Shown here in pieces: positions 9,665-18,399 of a stretch of 64,000 nt of DNA. The notes below the pieces were generated by a model. That model saw only the letters and a program-made list of their open reading frames with translations, was not told where the DNA came from and did no database searches. The position numbers were made by a program, and so were the translations under genes. Every line of letters starts with the position of its first letter. Within the stretch, counting starts at the first letter, position 1. The DNA comes from Acidobacteriota bacterium (GTDB lineage Bacteria > Acidobacteriota > UBA6911 > RPQK01 > JAJDTT01), in NCBI GenBank assembly GCA_965263035.1, contig OZ253580.1:4064001-4128000 (forward strand). Direction: 5' to 3'.

Positions 9665-10633
9665 ATGAGAGTCACTTCGGTCTTTCCGAGCGCGGCGCTT
9701 CCGGCGGGAATCGTCCGGATCGAGCTCGATTCTCCGGACAACGTTCCGGCCCGAGCCGTTGACGTGGGCGGAGCGGTTGCCTCCATCATGGTTGCCTCGC
9801 CCCGGGCGTTGACCATCCGCATCCCCGAAACCGCGGGCCACGGGATCGCGGTTCACAATCACGCCGTGGCCCGAGCGGAACTGAACGTCGGCCGCGCCAT
9901 CGCTTCGGATCTCCAGCCGGTCTCCAATCCGGTGTTGGACGCTTTCGGAAACGTCTACGTGACCTACAGCGGGACTCGCGGGGAGAAGGTTCCATTCAGC
10001 GTATTCGTCGTCTATGCCGACGGCAGCAAGCATCCATTTCTGGCGGACATCATCAACCCGACCGGCTTGGCGATCGGTCCCGACGATTTCCTCTACATCA
10101 GCAGCCGCCATACCGGGTCCATATATCGATCGACGTTCGACCGCCAAGTGGAGAAATTTGCCGACGGGTTGGGTTTGGCCTCCGGTCTGGTCTTCTCCCC
10201 CGCGGGCGACCTCTATGTCGGCGACCGAAGTGGATTCATCTACAGGATCTCACCGAAACGGGAAACCTCGGTCGTGTGTGAGTTGGAGCCGAGTGTCTCC
10301 GCCTACCATCTGGCGTGGGGGCCCGATGACAGGCTCTACGTCACCGGCCCGACTCTGGCCACACAGGACTGTGTGTATCGCGTCTCGCCCGAAGGAGAAG
10401 TGGAAGTGTTCTTCAGGGGCGTGGGGAGACCCCAGGGCCTGGCGTTCGACGCCGGCGGAACCCTCCATATCGCTGCTTCCTACCGGGGCAGAAGGGGCCT
10501 CTTCGCCGTGGACCGCGAGGAAGCCCGCTTGGTGGTGTCCGGTCCCATGCTGGTGGGTCTCGCGTACAGTGAGGACGGACGCCGCCTCTACCTGGTGGAC
10601 GGATCGCGCCTGTATCAGATAGAGCTGAGTTGA
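9665..10633 (+). CDS. IPT/TIG-like N-terminus plus SMP-30/gluconolactonase/NHL-type beta-propeller protein
   Basis: Repeating blades NPTGLAIGPDDFLYIS, ASGLVFSPAGDLYVGD, YHLAWGPDDRLYVT, PQGLAFDAGGTLHI; stop overlaps the tgt start. Confidence 0.75.
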   Translation: MRVTSVFPSAALPAGIVRIELDSPDNVPARAVDVGGAVASIMVASPRALTIRIPETAGHGIAVHNHAVARAELNVGRAIASDLQPVSNPVLDAFGNVYVTYSGTRGEKVPFSVFVVYADGSKHPFLADIINPTGLAIGPDDFLYISSRHTGSIYRSTFDRQVEKFADGLGLASGLVFSPAGDLYVGDRSGFIYRISPKRETSVVCELEPSVSAYHLAWGPDDRLYVTGPTLATQDCVYRVSPEGEVEVFFRGVGRPQGLAFDAGGTLHIAASYRGRRGLFAVDREEARLVVSGPMLVGLAYSEDGRRLYLVDGSRLYQIELS

Positions 10634-11802
10634 CCCGGCCCGGCCCTTCTCGCCAGAACTCCTTCCGGGTCGAGCGGAAGGACCCCTGCAGCCACGCCCG
10701 TTGCGGTGTGTTGGAGACCGTTCACGGTGCGGTCGAGACGCCGGTGTTCATGCCGGTGGGAACCGCCGCCACGGTCAAGGCCATGTCCCCCGACGCCTTG
10801 GAGGAGATGGGGTCCCGGATCATCCTGGCCAATGCGTACCATCTGTATCTTCGTCCCGGCGAGGCCGTGGTGGAGAGGATGGCGGGTCTGCACCGCTACA
10901 TGTCGTGGAATCGAGGCATTCTGACCGACAGCGGCGGGTACCAGGTCTTCAGCCACCGGAGGCTCAGAACCATTCGGGAGGATGGCGTCGAGTTCCGCTC
11001 ACACCTGGACGGAAGCCTCCATTTTCTGAGTCCGGAGGATGTGGTCCGGATCCAGGAGACTCTGGGCTCCGACATCGCCATGGTCCTGGATGAGTGTACG
11101 CCCTATCCCGTGAACCGGGAACGGGCTCGGAGTTCCATGGACCGGTCGATGCGTTGGGCCCGCCGTTCGAAGGATCGGCATCGGAACCGCGGGCAGATGC
11201 TCTTCGGCATCGTACAGGGAAGCATGTATCCCGAACTTCGCCGGGAGAGTCTCGAGCGGCTCGTGGAGATGGACTTTCAGGGACTGGCGCTGGGAGGGTT
11301 CAGCGTGGGCGAACCGAAGCAGCTCATGTATGACCTGGTCCAAGAGCTGGGCCCGCGTATGCCGGCGGACCTGCCCCGCTACCTGATGGGCGTGGGAACG
11401 CCTCTGGATCTTCTGTTTTGCGTCCGGCAGGGAATCGACATGTTCGATTGCGTGCTGCCGACGCGGAATGCCCGCAACGGCACTCTCTTCACCTCCCGGG
11501 GACGGCTGAACATCAGGAACGCGACCTATCGGACCCAGGAAGATGCGTTGGACCCCGAGTGCGCGTGCCGGGTCTGCCGGCGTTTCAGCCGCGCCTACCT
11601 GAGGCACCTCCACGTCTCCGGAGAGATCCTTTCCCTGGTTCTGAACACCTACCACAACCTCTACTTTTACCTTGACTTGATGGGCAAAATCCGCCAGAGT
11701 ATCGCGTCCGGATCACTCCTCGAATTGGAGAATCATTACCGGGATCAGTACCGTGCAGCGGTGCGCGGTGATGAACCCTCTCAAACAGAGAAACAACCAT
11801 GA
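10630..11802 (+). CDS. tgt: tRNA-guanine(34) transglycosylase
   Basis: TPVFMPVGT, TDSGGYQV, GIVQG, YLMGVG, DMFDCVLPTRNARNG and the Zn site CACRVC...H; tgt-yajC-secDF synteny. Confidence 0.97.
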   Translation: MTRPGPSRQNSFRVERKDPCSHARCGVLETVHGAVETPVFMPVGTAATVKAMSPDALEEMGSRIILANAYHLYLRPGEAVVERMAGLHRYMSWNRGILTDSGGYQVFSHRRLRTIREDGVEFRSHLDGSLHFLSPEDVVRIQETLGSDIAMVLDECTPYPVNRERARSSMDRSMRWARRSKDRHRNRGQMLFGIVQGSMYPELRRESLERLVEMDFQGLALGGFSVGEPKQLMYDLVQELGPRMPADLPRYLMGVGTPLDLLFCVRQGIDMFDCVLPTRNARNGTLFTSRGRLNIRNATYRTQEDALDPECACRVCRRFSRAYLRHLHVSGEILSLVLNTYHNLYFYLDLMGKIRQSIASGSLLELENHYRDQYRAAVRGDEPSQTEKQP

Positions 11803-12095
11803 CGGAGTCACTCCTGCTGGCCCAGCAATCCGGTTCGTCCTGGGCCGGTTTCCTTCCCATTCTGCTGCTGGTGGCGATCTTCTACTTCATGCTCTATCGG
11901 CCGATGCAAAAGCGGAAGAAGAACCATGAGGAGATGATCGGCTCCCTCAAGTCCGGCAGCAGGGTGATCACCAGCGGTGGCGTTCATGGAACCGTCGTGG
12001 CCGTCAAGGACCACACGGTCATGCTGAAGGTGGCTGACCAGGTCAAGATCGAGGTGACCAAGAGCGCCATCTCCTCACGGCAACTGTCCGACTAG
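11799..12095 (+). CDS. yajC: Preprotein translocase subunit YajC
   Basis: IFYFMLYRPMQKRKK, LKSGSRVITSGGVHGTV. Confidence 0.95.
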   Translation: MTESLLLAQQSGSSWAGFLPILLLVAIFYFMLYRPMQKRKKNHEEMIGSLKSGSRVITSGGVHGTVVAVKDHTVMLKVADQVKIEVTKSAISSRQLSD

Positions 12096-12258
12096 GAGTC
12101 TGCGCGGTAGAAATGATCGTAGCGAGAAAGTGGGGAATCGAGGCCAGATTTTCTCGATTTGGAGGTGCATAGTTGTTCTATTCGCCGAGAAATCGGGGAA
12201 ATATGGACCGATTCTACCGCTTTCGCAGTAGGTCAATTTCTGCGGCGCAGGCTCCTAG
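12092..12258 (+). mobile_element. 159-bp palindromic MITE, copy 1 (core 12096-12254) with CTAG duplication
   Basis: CTAG-GAGTCTGCGCGGTAGAAAT...ATTTCTGCGGCGCAGGCTC-CTAG; near-identical to 31093-31251 (inverted) and 54396-54554. Confidence 0.9.
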
Positions 12259-12292
12259 CCCGTTTGACATCGTAATTTCAAGCTGAAGCAAA

Positions 12293-13879
12293 ATGAAGAG
12301 GAAACTTCAGTACCGATTACTCTTTACCCTGGCCGTCTTCGCGGTCAGCGTCTATTTCTTCTACCCTCCCTCCGAGAAGGTCAAGCTGGGTCTGGATCTC
12401 AAGGGTGGGATTCACCTGGTGCTTCAGGTCATCATCGACGACGCTCTCAAGGCGGAGGCGCACCTGTTGAGAGATCGCCTGGCGCGGGCGCTCGAGGAAG
12501 GGGAGGCCGTCTTCCAGGAGATCCGGGTCAATCCACAACTGGAGATCGAGATCCTGGGGGTGCCGGAGGAATCAGCCGACGTCGTCGAGGGTCAACTGGA
12601 CGGATATTCGGGGGGCTACAGCTACCGGACCCGGTTCAATCAGGGCCGGCAGGACTACACTCTCGGGATCAGTTCGGCGTATCGCAAGGAGTTGGCCAAC
12701 CTGACGGTCCGGCAGGCTCGGGAGACGATTCAGAACCGAGTGGACCAATACGGCGTCGCCGAGCCTACCATCACCGTCTATGGAAGTGGAGACGTCCAGG
12801 ACCAGATCATCGTCGAGTTGCCGGGAGTCGAAGATCCGGACCGGGTGATCAAACTCATCCGCAGCACGGCGAGACTGGAACTGAAGCTGGTGCATCCGGC
12901 CCGCGGCGGCCCGTATGCGACTCGACAGGCGGCGGAAGACGTTTTCGACGGGTCGGTGCCGGGCGAGTACGAGATTCTGCCCTATCGGAATTCCGCGGAA
13001 ATCGGGCGCCAGACGCAGTACATGGTGGTCCGCAGGGCGGCGACCATCAGCGGCCAGCACATGAAGAACGCCCGGCGAACCCAGGACAGCTTCACCGGGC
13101 GCTGGAACGTGACCTTTTTTCTGAACTCGGAGGGGCGCCAGTTGTTTGCGCCCGCCACCGAACAGAACGTGGGCAATCCTCTGGCCATCGTGCTGGACGG
13201 CGAGATCCGAACCTTTCCCAATATCAGTGAGAAGATCGACACGGAGTCGGCCCAGATCACCGGAAACTATACGCCGGAAGAGGCAGAGGATCTGGCGCTG
13301 GTGCTTCGATCGGGCGCTCTCCCCGCCGCCATCCGGATCATCGAGAACCAGATCATCGGACCCTCTCTGGGGATGGACTCGATTCGTAGCGGCCTGTCGG
13401 CGTCCGCATTGGGACTCCTCCTGGTGATCGTCACGGTCCTGTTCATCTATCGCTTTTCCGGCGTCAATGCCGTGGTCTGCCTGATATTGAATCTGGTGAT
13501 CCTGGTGGGAGTTCTGGCCTACTTCAGGGCGACGCTGACTCTGCCCGGAATCGCCGGGATCATCCTGACCATCGGCATGGCCATCGACGCCAACATTCTC
13601 ATATTCGAGCGCATCAAGGAGGAGTTGAGGCTGGGGAAGACGGTCCGGTCGGGGGTCGAAGCGGCGTTCGGACGCGTGTTCATCACCATTCTGGACACCA
13701 ATATCACGACCTTGATCGGGTCCCTCTTTCTGTTCCAATTCGGTACTGGACCCATACGTGGATTTGCGGTGACTCTTTCGGTGGGACTGGTGGCGAACAT
13801 CTTCACCGCGACCTTCGTCTCCCGCACCCTTTTCGGCCTGATGCTTCAGGGAAAACCGCGAGAAACGCTGTCGATCTGA
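12293..13879 (+). CDS. secD: Protein translocase subunit SecD
   Basis: LGLDLKGG, NRVDQYGVAEP, LRSGALP, IGPSLG, GMAIDANILIFERIKEE. Confidence 0.97.
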   Translation: MKRKLQYRLLFTLAVFAVSVYFFYPPSEKVKLGLDLKGGIHLVLQVIIDDALKAEAHLLRDRLARALEEGEAVFQEIRVNPQLEIEILGVPEESADVVEGQLDGYSGGYSYRTRFNQGRQDYTLGISSAYRKELANLTVRQARETIQNRVDQYGVAEPTITVYGSGDVQDQIIVELPGVEDPDRVIKLIRSTARLELKLVHPARGGPYATRQAAEDVFDGSVPGEYEILPYRNSAEIGRQTQYMVVRRAATISGQHMKNARRTQDSFTGRWNVTFFLNSEGRQLFAPATEQNVGNPLAIVLDGEIRTFPNISEKIDTESAQITGNYTPEEAEDLALVLRSGALPAAIRIIENQIIGPSLGMDSIRSGLSASALGLLLVIVTVLFIYRFSGVNAVVCLILNLVILVGVLAYFRATLTLPGIAGIILTIGMAIDANILIFERIKEELRLGKTVRSGVEAAFGRVFITILDTNITTLIGSLFLFQFGTGPIRGFAVTLSVGLVANIFTATFVSRTLFGLMLQGKPRETLSI

Positions 13880-13886
13880 GGGATCC

Positions 13887-15062
13887 ATGGACATCGTCAA
13901 AGAACCCAAGATCGACTGGCTAGGCAAGCGGCGGCTCTTTCTGTGCGTATCCCTGCTGTTGATCCTGGCCGGGATCGTTTCCATCGTCATGAAGGGTGGG
14001 CTCAAGATGGGCGTCGATTTTGTCGGCGGAACGCTGGTCTACGCCCGCTTCAAGGAGGAGCCTTCCCTGGACCGGATCCGGGGGGCCCTTGCAGAGAGTG
14101 GGCTCCGGGCCGAGGGGGTGACCCGGTTCGACGATCCGTCCAAGAACGAAATCCAGATCCGTCTCGCCCGCATCGAGAGTGAAGAGACCACCGACCTGAT
14201 CTCGGAAAGCGATAACATCTTTCAGGCACTGCGCCAGGAATACGACTCGGATTCGGAGGGGACGGGCAGGGTGGATCTCAACAACCTCCCCCGGTCGATA
14301 CTCTCCACACGGCTCCAGGAATGGGATCCCGAAGGGTTGCGGGAGGATCCGTCGGTAACGGACCTTGCGGTCCACTACCAGGAACTGGCTTCCGGGATCG
14401 TCGACCTCAGGACCGGCGTCGGACTGTTCAGGGACTACTCCGAATTGTCTCAGGCGGGTCTTGGACCGGATGCGGTAAAGGCGATCGAGGGGAATTCGTA
14501 TCTCGGTAATTTCGTGGTGCTGAGTGTGGAAAGCGTGGGCCCCAAGGTCGGACAGGAGATGCAGGAGAGAGCCTGGAACGCCGTCTTCTTCTCGCTGCTC
14601 GGCATTCTGGCGTACATCACGATTCGGTTCAAATTCGTGCATGGCGTCGCGGCCATTTCAGCGTTGTTTCACGATGTTCTCATTACCGTGGGCGTCTTGT
14701 CGCTGACTGATCGGGAGTTGACCTTGACGGTGGTGGCGGCGTTGCTGACCCTGGTCGGCTATTCCATCAACGACACCATCGTCGTATTCGACCGGCTGCG
14801 GGAGAACGAGGTCCGAATGAGGCGATCGAGTTTCTACGATCGCATCAACGCCAGCATCAACCAGATCCTGAACCGCACCATCATGACTTCCGGATCGACG
14901 TTCGTGGCTCTGCTTGCTCTCTTCCTTTTGGGAGGACCGGTGCTCAACAGTTTCTCGTTCGCCCTGGTCGTGGGTATAATCGTCGGGACTTACTCGTCCA
15001 TCGGCGTCGCCAGCCCCATCGTTTCGGGCTGGTATAGGTTCAGGGAGTCCCGGCGCAATTGA
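13887..15062 (+). CDS. secF: Protein translocase subunit SecF with a periplasmic insertion
   Basis: GVDFVGG, VGPKVG, HDVLIT, GYSINDTIVVFDRLRE, GTYSS; an extra ~75-aa segment at about 14268-14490. Confidence 0.96.
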   Translation: MDIVKEPKIDWLGKRRLFLCVSLLLILAGIVSIVMKGGLKMGVDFVGGTLVYARFKEEPSLDRIRGALAESGLRAEGVTRFDDPSKNEIQIRLARIESEETTDLISESDNIFQALRQEYDSDSEGTGRVDLNNLPRSILSTRLQEWDPEGLREDPSVTDLAVHYQELASGIVDLRTGVGLFRDYSELSQAGLGPDAVKAIEGNSYLGNFVVLSVESVGPKVGQEMQERAWNAVFFSLLGILAYITIRFKFVHGVAAISALFHDVLITVGVLSLTDRELTLTVVAALLTLVGYSINDTIVVFDRLRENEVRMRRSSFYDRINASINQILNRTIMTSGSTFVALLALFLLGGPVLNSFSFALVVGIIVGTYSSIGVASPIVSGWYRFRESRRN

Positions 15063-15088
15063 GAATGCGTTTGGGTCGGGTTAGACTC

Positions 15089-15117
15089 TTGACTCGCCAA
15101 AATACGGGTAGTAGTAT
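15089..15117 (+). promoter_or_regulatory. Sigma70-type promoter for the tonB operon
   Basis: TTGACT-N17-TAGTAT about 60 nt upstream of ATG 15180. Confidence 0.7.
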
Positions 15118-15179
15118 CTTCGGCGTGTTTTCGGGGGGCTTACCTTAGGATCTTAGGGTCATAGAGAGGGCGGCTGACC

Positions 15180-15938
15180 ATGTTTGATCAACTCATCGAA
15201 TCTTCGGCGAATCGGCAGAGCCGAGGCAAGAGTCTCGTGTTCATGTCCCTGATGATCCACTTGGGCATTGTGGGGATCCTGATTGTGGTCCCACTGATCT
15301 ACTATCAGGGGCTCCCCGAGCAGGAACTCCTGACCATGTTGGCCCCGCCGCCGCCGCCCCCGCCACCGCCGCCACCGCCGCCACCGCCGGCGCCCATCAA
15401 GCGACAACGAATCCAGGTGGTCAAGCTGGATCCATCCCAGTTCGTGGCCCCCACCGAGGTGCCCAAGGAAATACCCGTACCCATGGACGACATCCCTGAG
15501 GTGTCCTCTCTGAGCGGTATCACCGGTGGGATCCCGGGCGGTGTTCCGGGAGGCATCCCGGGCGGGATCCCGGGTGGCATGATTGGTGGCGTGATCGGCG
15601 CTCTTCCTTCAGAGGCGCCGCCACCCCCGCCGCCGCCCAAGAAGAAGAAGAATCCGATTCGTGTCGGCGGAAACGTTCAGGCTTCGAGGCTGGTCCACCG
15701 GGTGGAACCCGAGTATCCCGAGCTGGCCAAACGGGCGCGGGTGTCCGGTATGGTCATTCTGCAGGTCATCGTCAGCGAAGGGGGCAATGTCCAAGAGGTC
15801 AAGATTGTCCGTGGACACCCCTTGTTGAACGATGCGGCCACTCGTGCGGTGAGACAGTGGAGATATTCCCCGTATCTGCTCAACGGGGAGCCTATCCCGG
15901 TCATCGCCACCGTCACGGTGAACTTCGTCCTCAGGTGA
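15180..15938 (+). CDS. Energy transducer TonB
   Basis: N-terminal TM with S-x3-H motif (SLMIH), poly-Pro linkers, GGIP repeats, TonB_C domain (PEYPELAKRARVSGMVIL...AVRQWRY). Confidence 0.92.
   Translation: MFDQLIESSANRQSRGKSLVFMSLMIHLGIVGILIVVPLIYYQGLPEQELLTMLAPPPPPPPPPPPPPPPAPIKRQRIQVVKLDPSQFVAPTEVPKEIPVPMDDIPEVSSLSGITGGIPGGVPGGIPGGIPGGMIGGVIGALPSEAPPPPPPPKKKKNPIRVGGNVQASRLVHRVEPEYPELAKRARVSGMVILQVIVSEGGNVQEVKIVRGHPLLNDAATRAVRQWRYSPYLLNGEPIPVIATVTVNFVLR
15344..15389 (+). repeat. CCG/CCA low-complexity run encoding poly-proline in TonB
   Basis: About 15 consecutive Pro codons; GGIP-type 12-bp repeats follow at about 15525-15580. Confidence 0.8.
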
Positions 15939-16007
15939 GGACGTTGTCTTGAGATCGCTTAGGCGCGAAATCGCAGTTCATTCAGGCTTATTGGGGAGGA
16001 CAAAAGA

Positions 16008-16685
16008 ATGGAAGTAGGATTCGTCGAGCTATGGGGCCATATGGGACTTATGGCCAAAGCGGTCGTGTTCGTCCTGGGCGTTCAGTCCGTGTGGTCCATC
16101 GCGGTGATGGCCGAGCGGTTTCTTCTGTATCGGGCGGCTCGTAAGCAGTCCCAGGAGTTTGCCCCGGCAGTCGCCGAGAGTCTCAAGCACGGAAATATCC
16201 AGGAAGCCATCGAATTGTCCGAGGTGAAGAAGAAGAGCCACCTGGCCAAGGTGGTGGCTGCGGGGTTGAGCGAGTTCCAGGCTCATCAGAGCTCCTCGGC
16301 CGCTATCTCGGGTGCGACCATCGAGGCGTCGCGGCGGGCGCTCCAGCGCGCGACGGCGGTCGGAGTCGAGGACTTGAAGCGCGGCCTGGGCGGTCTGGCC
16401 ACCATCGGCGCCACCGCGCCGTTCGTCGGGCTGTTCGGCACCACGGTCGGCATCATCAATGCCTTTGCCGGCATGAGCCAAGCCGAAGACACGGGTCTGG
16501 CCGCGGTGGCCGGCGGCATCTCCGAAGCTTTGGTGGCGACGGCCATCGGTCTCTTCGTGGCGGTGCCCGCCGTCTGGATGTACAACTACTTCACCGGAAA
16601 GATCGAGTCCTTCGTGGTGGAGATGGACAACTCTTCCTCCGAGCTCATCGACTACTTCCTGAAGAGGAGTTCGGATGGCAATTAG
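16008..16685 (+). CDS. MotA/TolQ/ExbB proton channel protein
   Basis: LATIGATAPFVGLFGTTVGII, GISEALVATAIGLFVAVPA. Confidence 0.95.
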   Translation: MEVGFVELWGHMGLMAKAVVFVLGVQSVWSIAVMAERFLLYRAARKQSQEFAPAVAESLKHGNIQEAIELSEVKKKSHLAKVVAAGLSEFQAHQSSSAAISGATIEASRRALQRATAVGVEDLKRGLGGLATIGATAPFVGLFGTTVGIINAFAGMSQAEDTGLAAVAGGISEALVATAIGLFVAVPAVWMYNYFTGKIESFVVEMDNSSSELIDYFLKRSSDGN

Positions 16686-17115
16686 CGGCGGAACGGGAGC
16701 ACAGAGCGGCGTCAGCGCGGAGATCAACGTGACGCCCATGGCGGATATCATGTTGGTGCTTCTGATCATCTTCATGATCACGACTCCCCTGTTGCAGGAA
16801 GGCGTCTTCGTCAACAAGGCGAAGGCGAAGAATGCGCAGGAAGCGGAAGGCGTGGAAGCGGAAGAAGCCACCACGGTGACGGTCACTCGGGATGAGCTCA
16901 TCTATATGAACAAGAGGCCGGTTCCGGACGAGGAGTTGGCTGATCGACTGTCGGAGAGGGCCGAGTTGGCCGGCGACAGGCCTCTGTTCATCAAGAGTGA
17001 CGTGGCGACGTCCTACGGACGGGTGGTGCAAGTGATCAACAGTGCGCGGGATTCGGGATTTCAGAAGATCGGGCTGTTGGTGGACCGCGAGAAGGTGCGG
17101 GAAAGGATATTCTGA
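16675..17115 (+). CDS. ExbD/TolR family protein 1
   Basis: EINVTPMADIMLVLLIIFMI with the conserved TM Asp. Confidence 0.93.
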   Translation: MAISGGTGAQSGVSAEINVTPMADIMLVLLIIFMITTPLLQEGVFVNKAKAKNAQEAEGVEAEEATTVTVTRDELIYMNKRPVPDEELADRLSERAELAGDRPLFIKSDVATSYGRVVQVINSARDSGFQKIGLLVDREKVRERIF

Positions 17116-17118
17116 GCC

Positions 17119-17532
17119 ATGGCGATGCAAACCGGCGGCAAGGGCTCGATGTCCGACATCAACGTCACGCCCTATATCGACATCCTTCTGGTCCTCCTCA
17201 TCATCTTCATGGTGATTCAGCCCACCACCCAGTACGATCTGGAGGCCAGGGTTCCCGAGAAGGCGCCTGAGGACATCCCGGAAGACGTCATCGTCAAGTC
17301 GGACGCCATTGTCGTTTCAATCGATTCCCAGGGACTGCTGCGCATCAACCAGGATCCGGTGACTCTGGACCAGTTGCCCAATCGATTGTTCGACATCTAC
17401 AGTGCGCGGGCCAACAAGAACATGTTTATCCAAGGGGACCCGGACCTTTCATTCGGAGATGTGGTGCGCATCATCGACATTGCGAAGGGAGCCGGGGTGG
17501 GAGACATCGGCCTGATGACGCCGCAGGGATAG
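17119..17532 (+). CDS. ExbD/TolR family protein 2
   Basis: DINVTPYIDILLVLLIIFMV with the conserved TM Asp. Confidence 0.93.
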   Translation: MAMQTGGKGSMSDINVTPYIDILLVLLIIFMVIQPTTQYDLEARVPEKAPEDIPEDVIVKSDAIVVSIDSQGLLRINQDPVTLDQLPNRLFDIYSARANKNMFIQGDPDLSFGDVVRIIDIAKGAGVGDIGLMTPQG

Positions 17533-17598
17533 CCATTCCTCCCGGTGCGACGTCCGGTGGATTCCATGGAACCTGAGAGAGGCAAGGGCAGGTTTGAG

Positions 17599-18399
17599 AT
17601 GAGTCAGATGAGTAGATTCGGTTATGTGCTGCTGGCTTTGGGCTTGGCTACGAGTACGCTGGGCTGCAACCTCTTTACGATCCTGGACAAGCTCAGCGCC
17701 CGGGACGAACTCAACAAAGGCGTGAAGGCCTACACCAGCCAGAAGTACGGCGAGGCGGTGGAGCACCTGCAATTGGCCACGGAACTCGACCCGGGGTTGA
17801 TCGACGCCGAGTTGTATCTGGCCACGACTTATCGGGTCCAGTATGAGCCCGGTAGCCAGAGCATGGACAATCTGCAGATGGCCCAGAAGGCTATCCAGAT
17901 CTTCGAGAGAGTGCTGGCGAAAGATCCGGGCAATGAGAGTTCCATGGCCAACATCTCCGGTATCTACAACAGCATGGGCGACTACGACCTGGCCAAGGAG
18001 TGGTACCGGAAGCAGCTGGAGGCAAATCCGAGCAATCCGGAGCCCCTGTATGGAATCGGCACCATCGACTGGCAGCTTTCCTACGATCGGACCGGTATGA
18101 TCGGCGACAACGTGGAGAATCTGACCGACGAGGAAAAGGCCCAGGTGAATGCCACCGTCGATGAGGGCGTGGACGCCCTGAAGAGGGCACTCGAAATCAA
18201 CCCGCGGTACACGGATGCCATGCAGTATCTGAACCTTCTCTTCAGAGAGAAGGGGAAGTTGGCTGCTGACGACGAAGAGAAGTCCAACTGGGAGATGGAA
18301 GCCGACAAGCTGGCCCTGCAGGCTCTCGAGATGAAGAGAATGCTGGAAGAAGAGGCCGAGCGGGCCAAGCGCACCTTCACCGGCGCCGAAGCCAACTAA
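17599..18399 (+). CDS. TPR-repeat lipoprotein
   Basis: Signal peptide with lipobox (..STLGC); TPR-like helices (GVKAYTSQKYGEAVEHL..A.ELDP, ALKRALEINPRY). Confidence 0.8.
   Translation: MSQMSRFGYVLLALGLATSTLGCNLFTILDKLSARDELNKGVKAYTSQKYGEAVEHLQLATELDPGLIDAELYLATTYRVQYEPGSQSMDNLQMAQKAIQIFERVLAKDPGNESSMANISGIYNSMGDYDLAKEWYRKQLEANPSNPEPLYGIGTIDWQLSYDRTGMIGDNVENLTDEEKAQVNATVDEGVDALKRALEINPRYTDAMQYLNLLFREKGKLAADDEEKSNWEMEADKLALQALEMKRMLEEEAERAKRTFTGAEAN

Noticed and set aside
9560-10147. Apparent 196-aa N-terminal extension of UvrA
   Set aside because: It is the antisense of the divergent propeller gene and its promoter; UvrA homology starts near 9559
12264-12294. TTGACA after the MITE as a secD promoter
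   Set aside because: No -10 hexamer at 16-18 bp spacing
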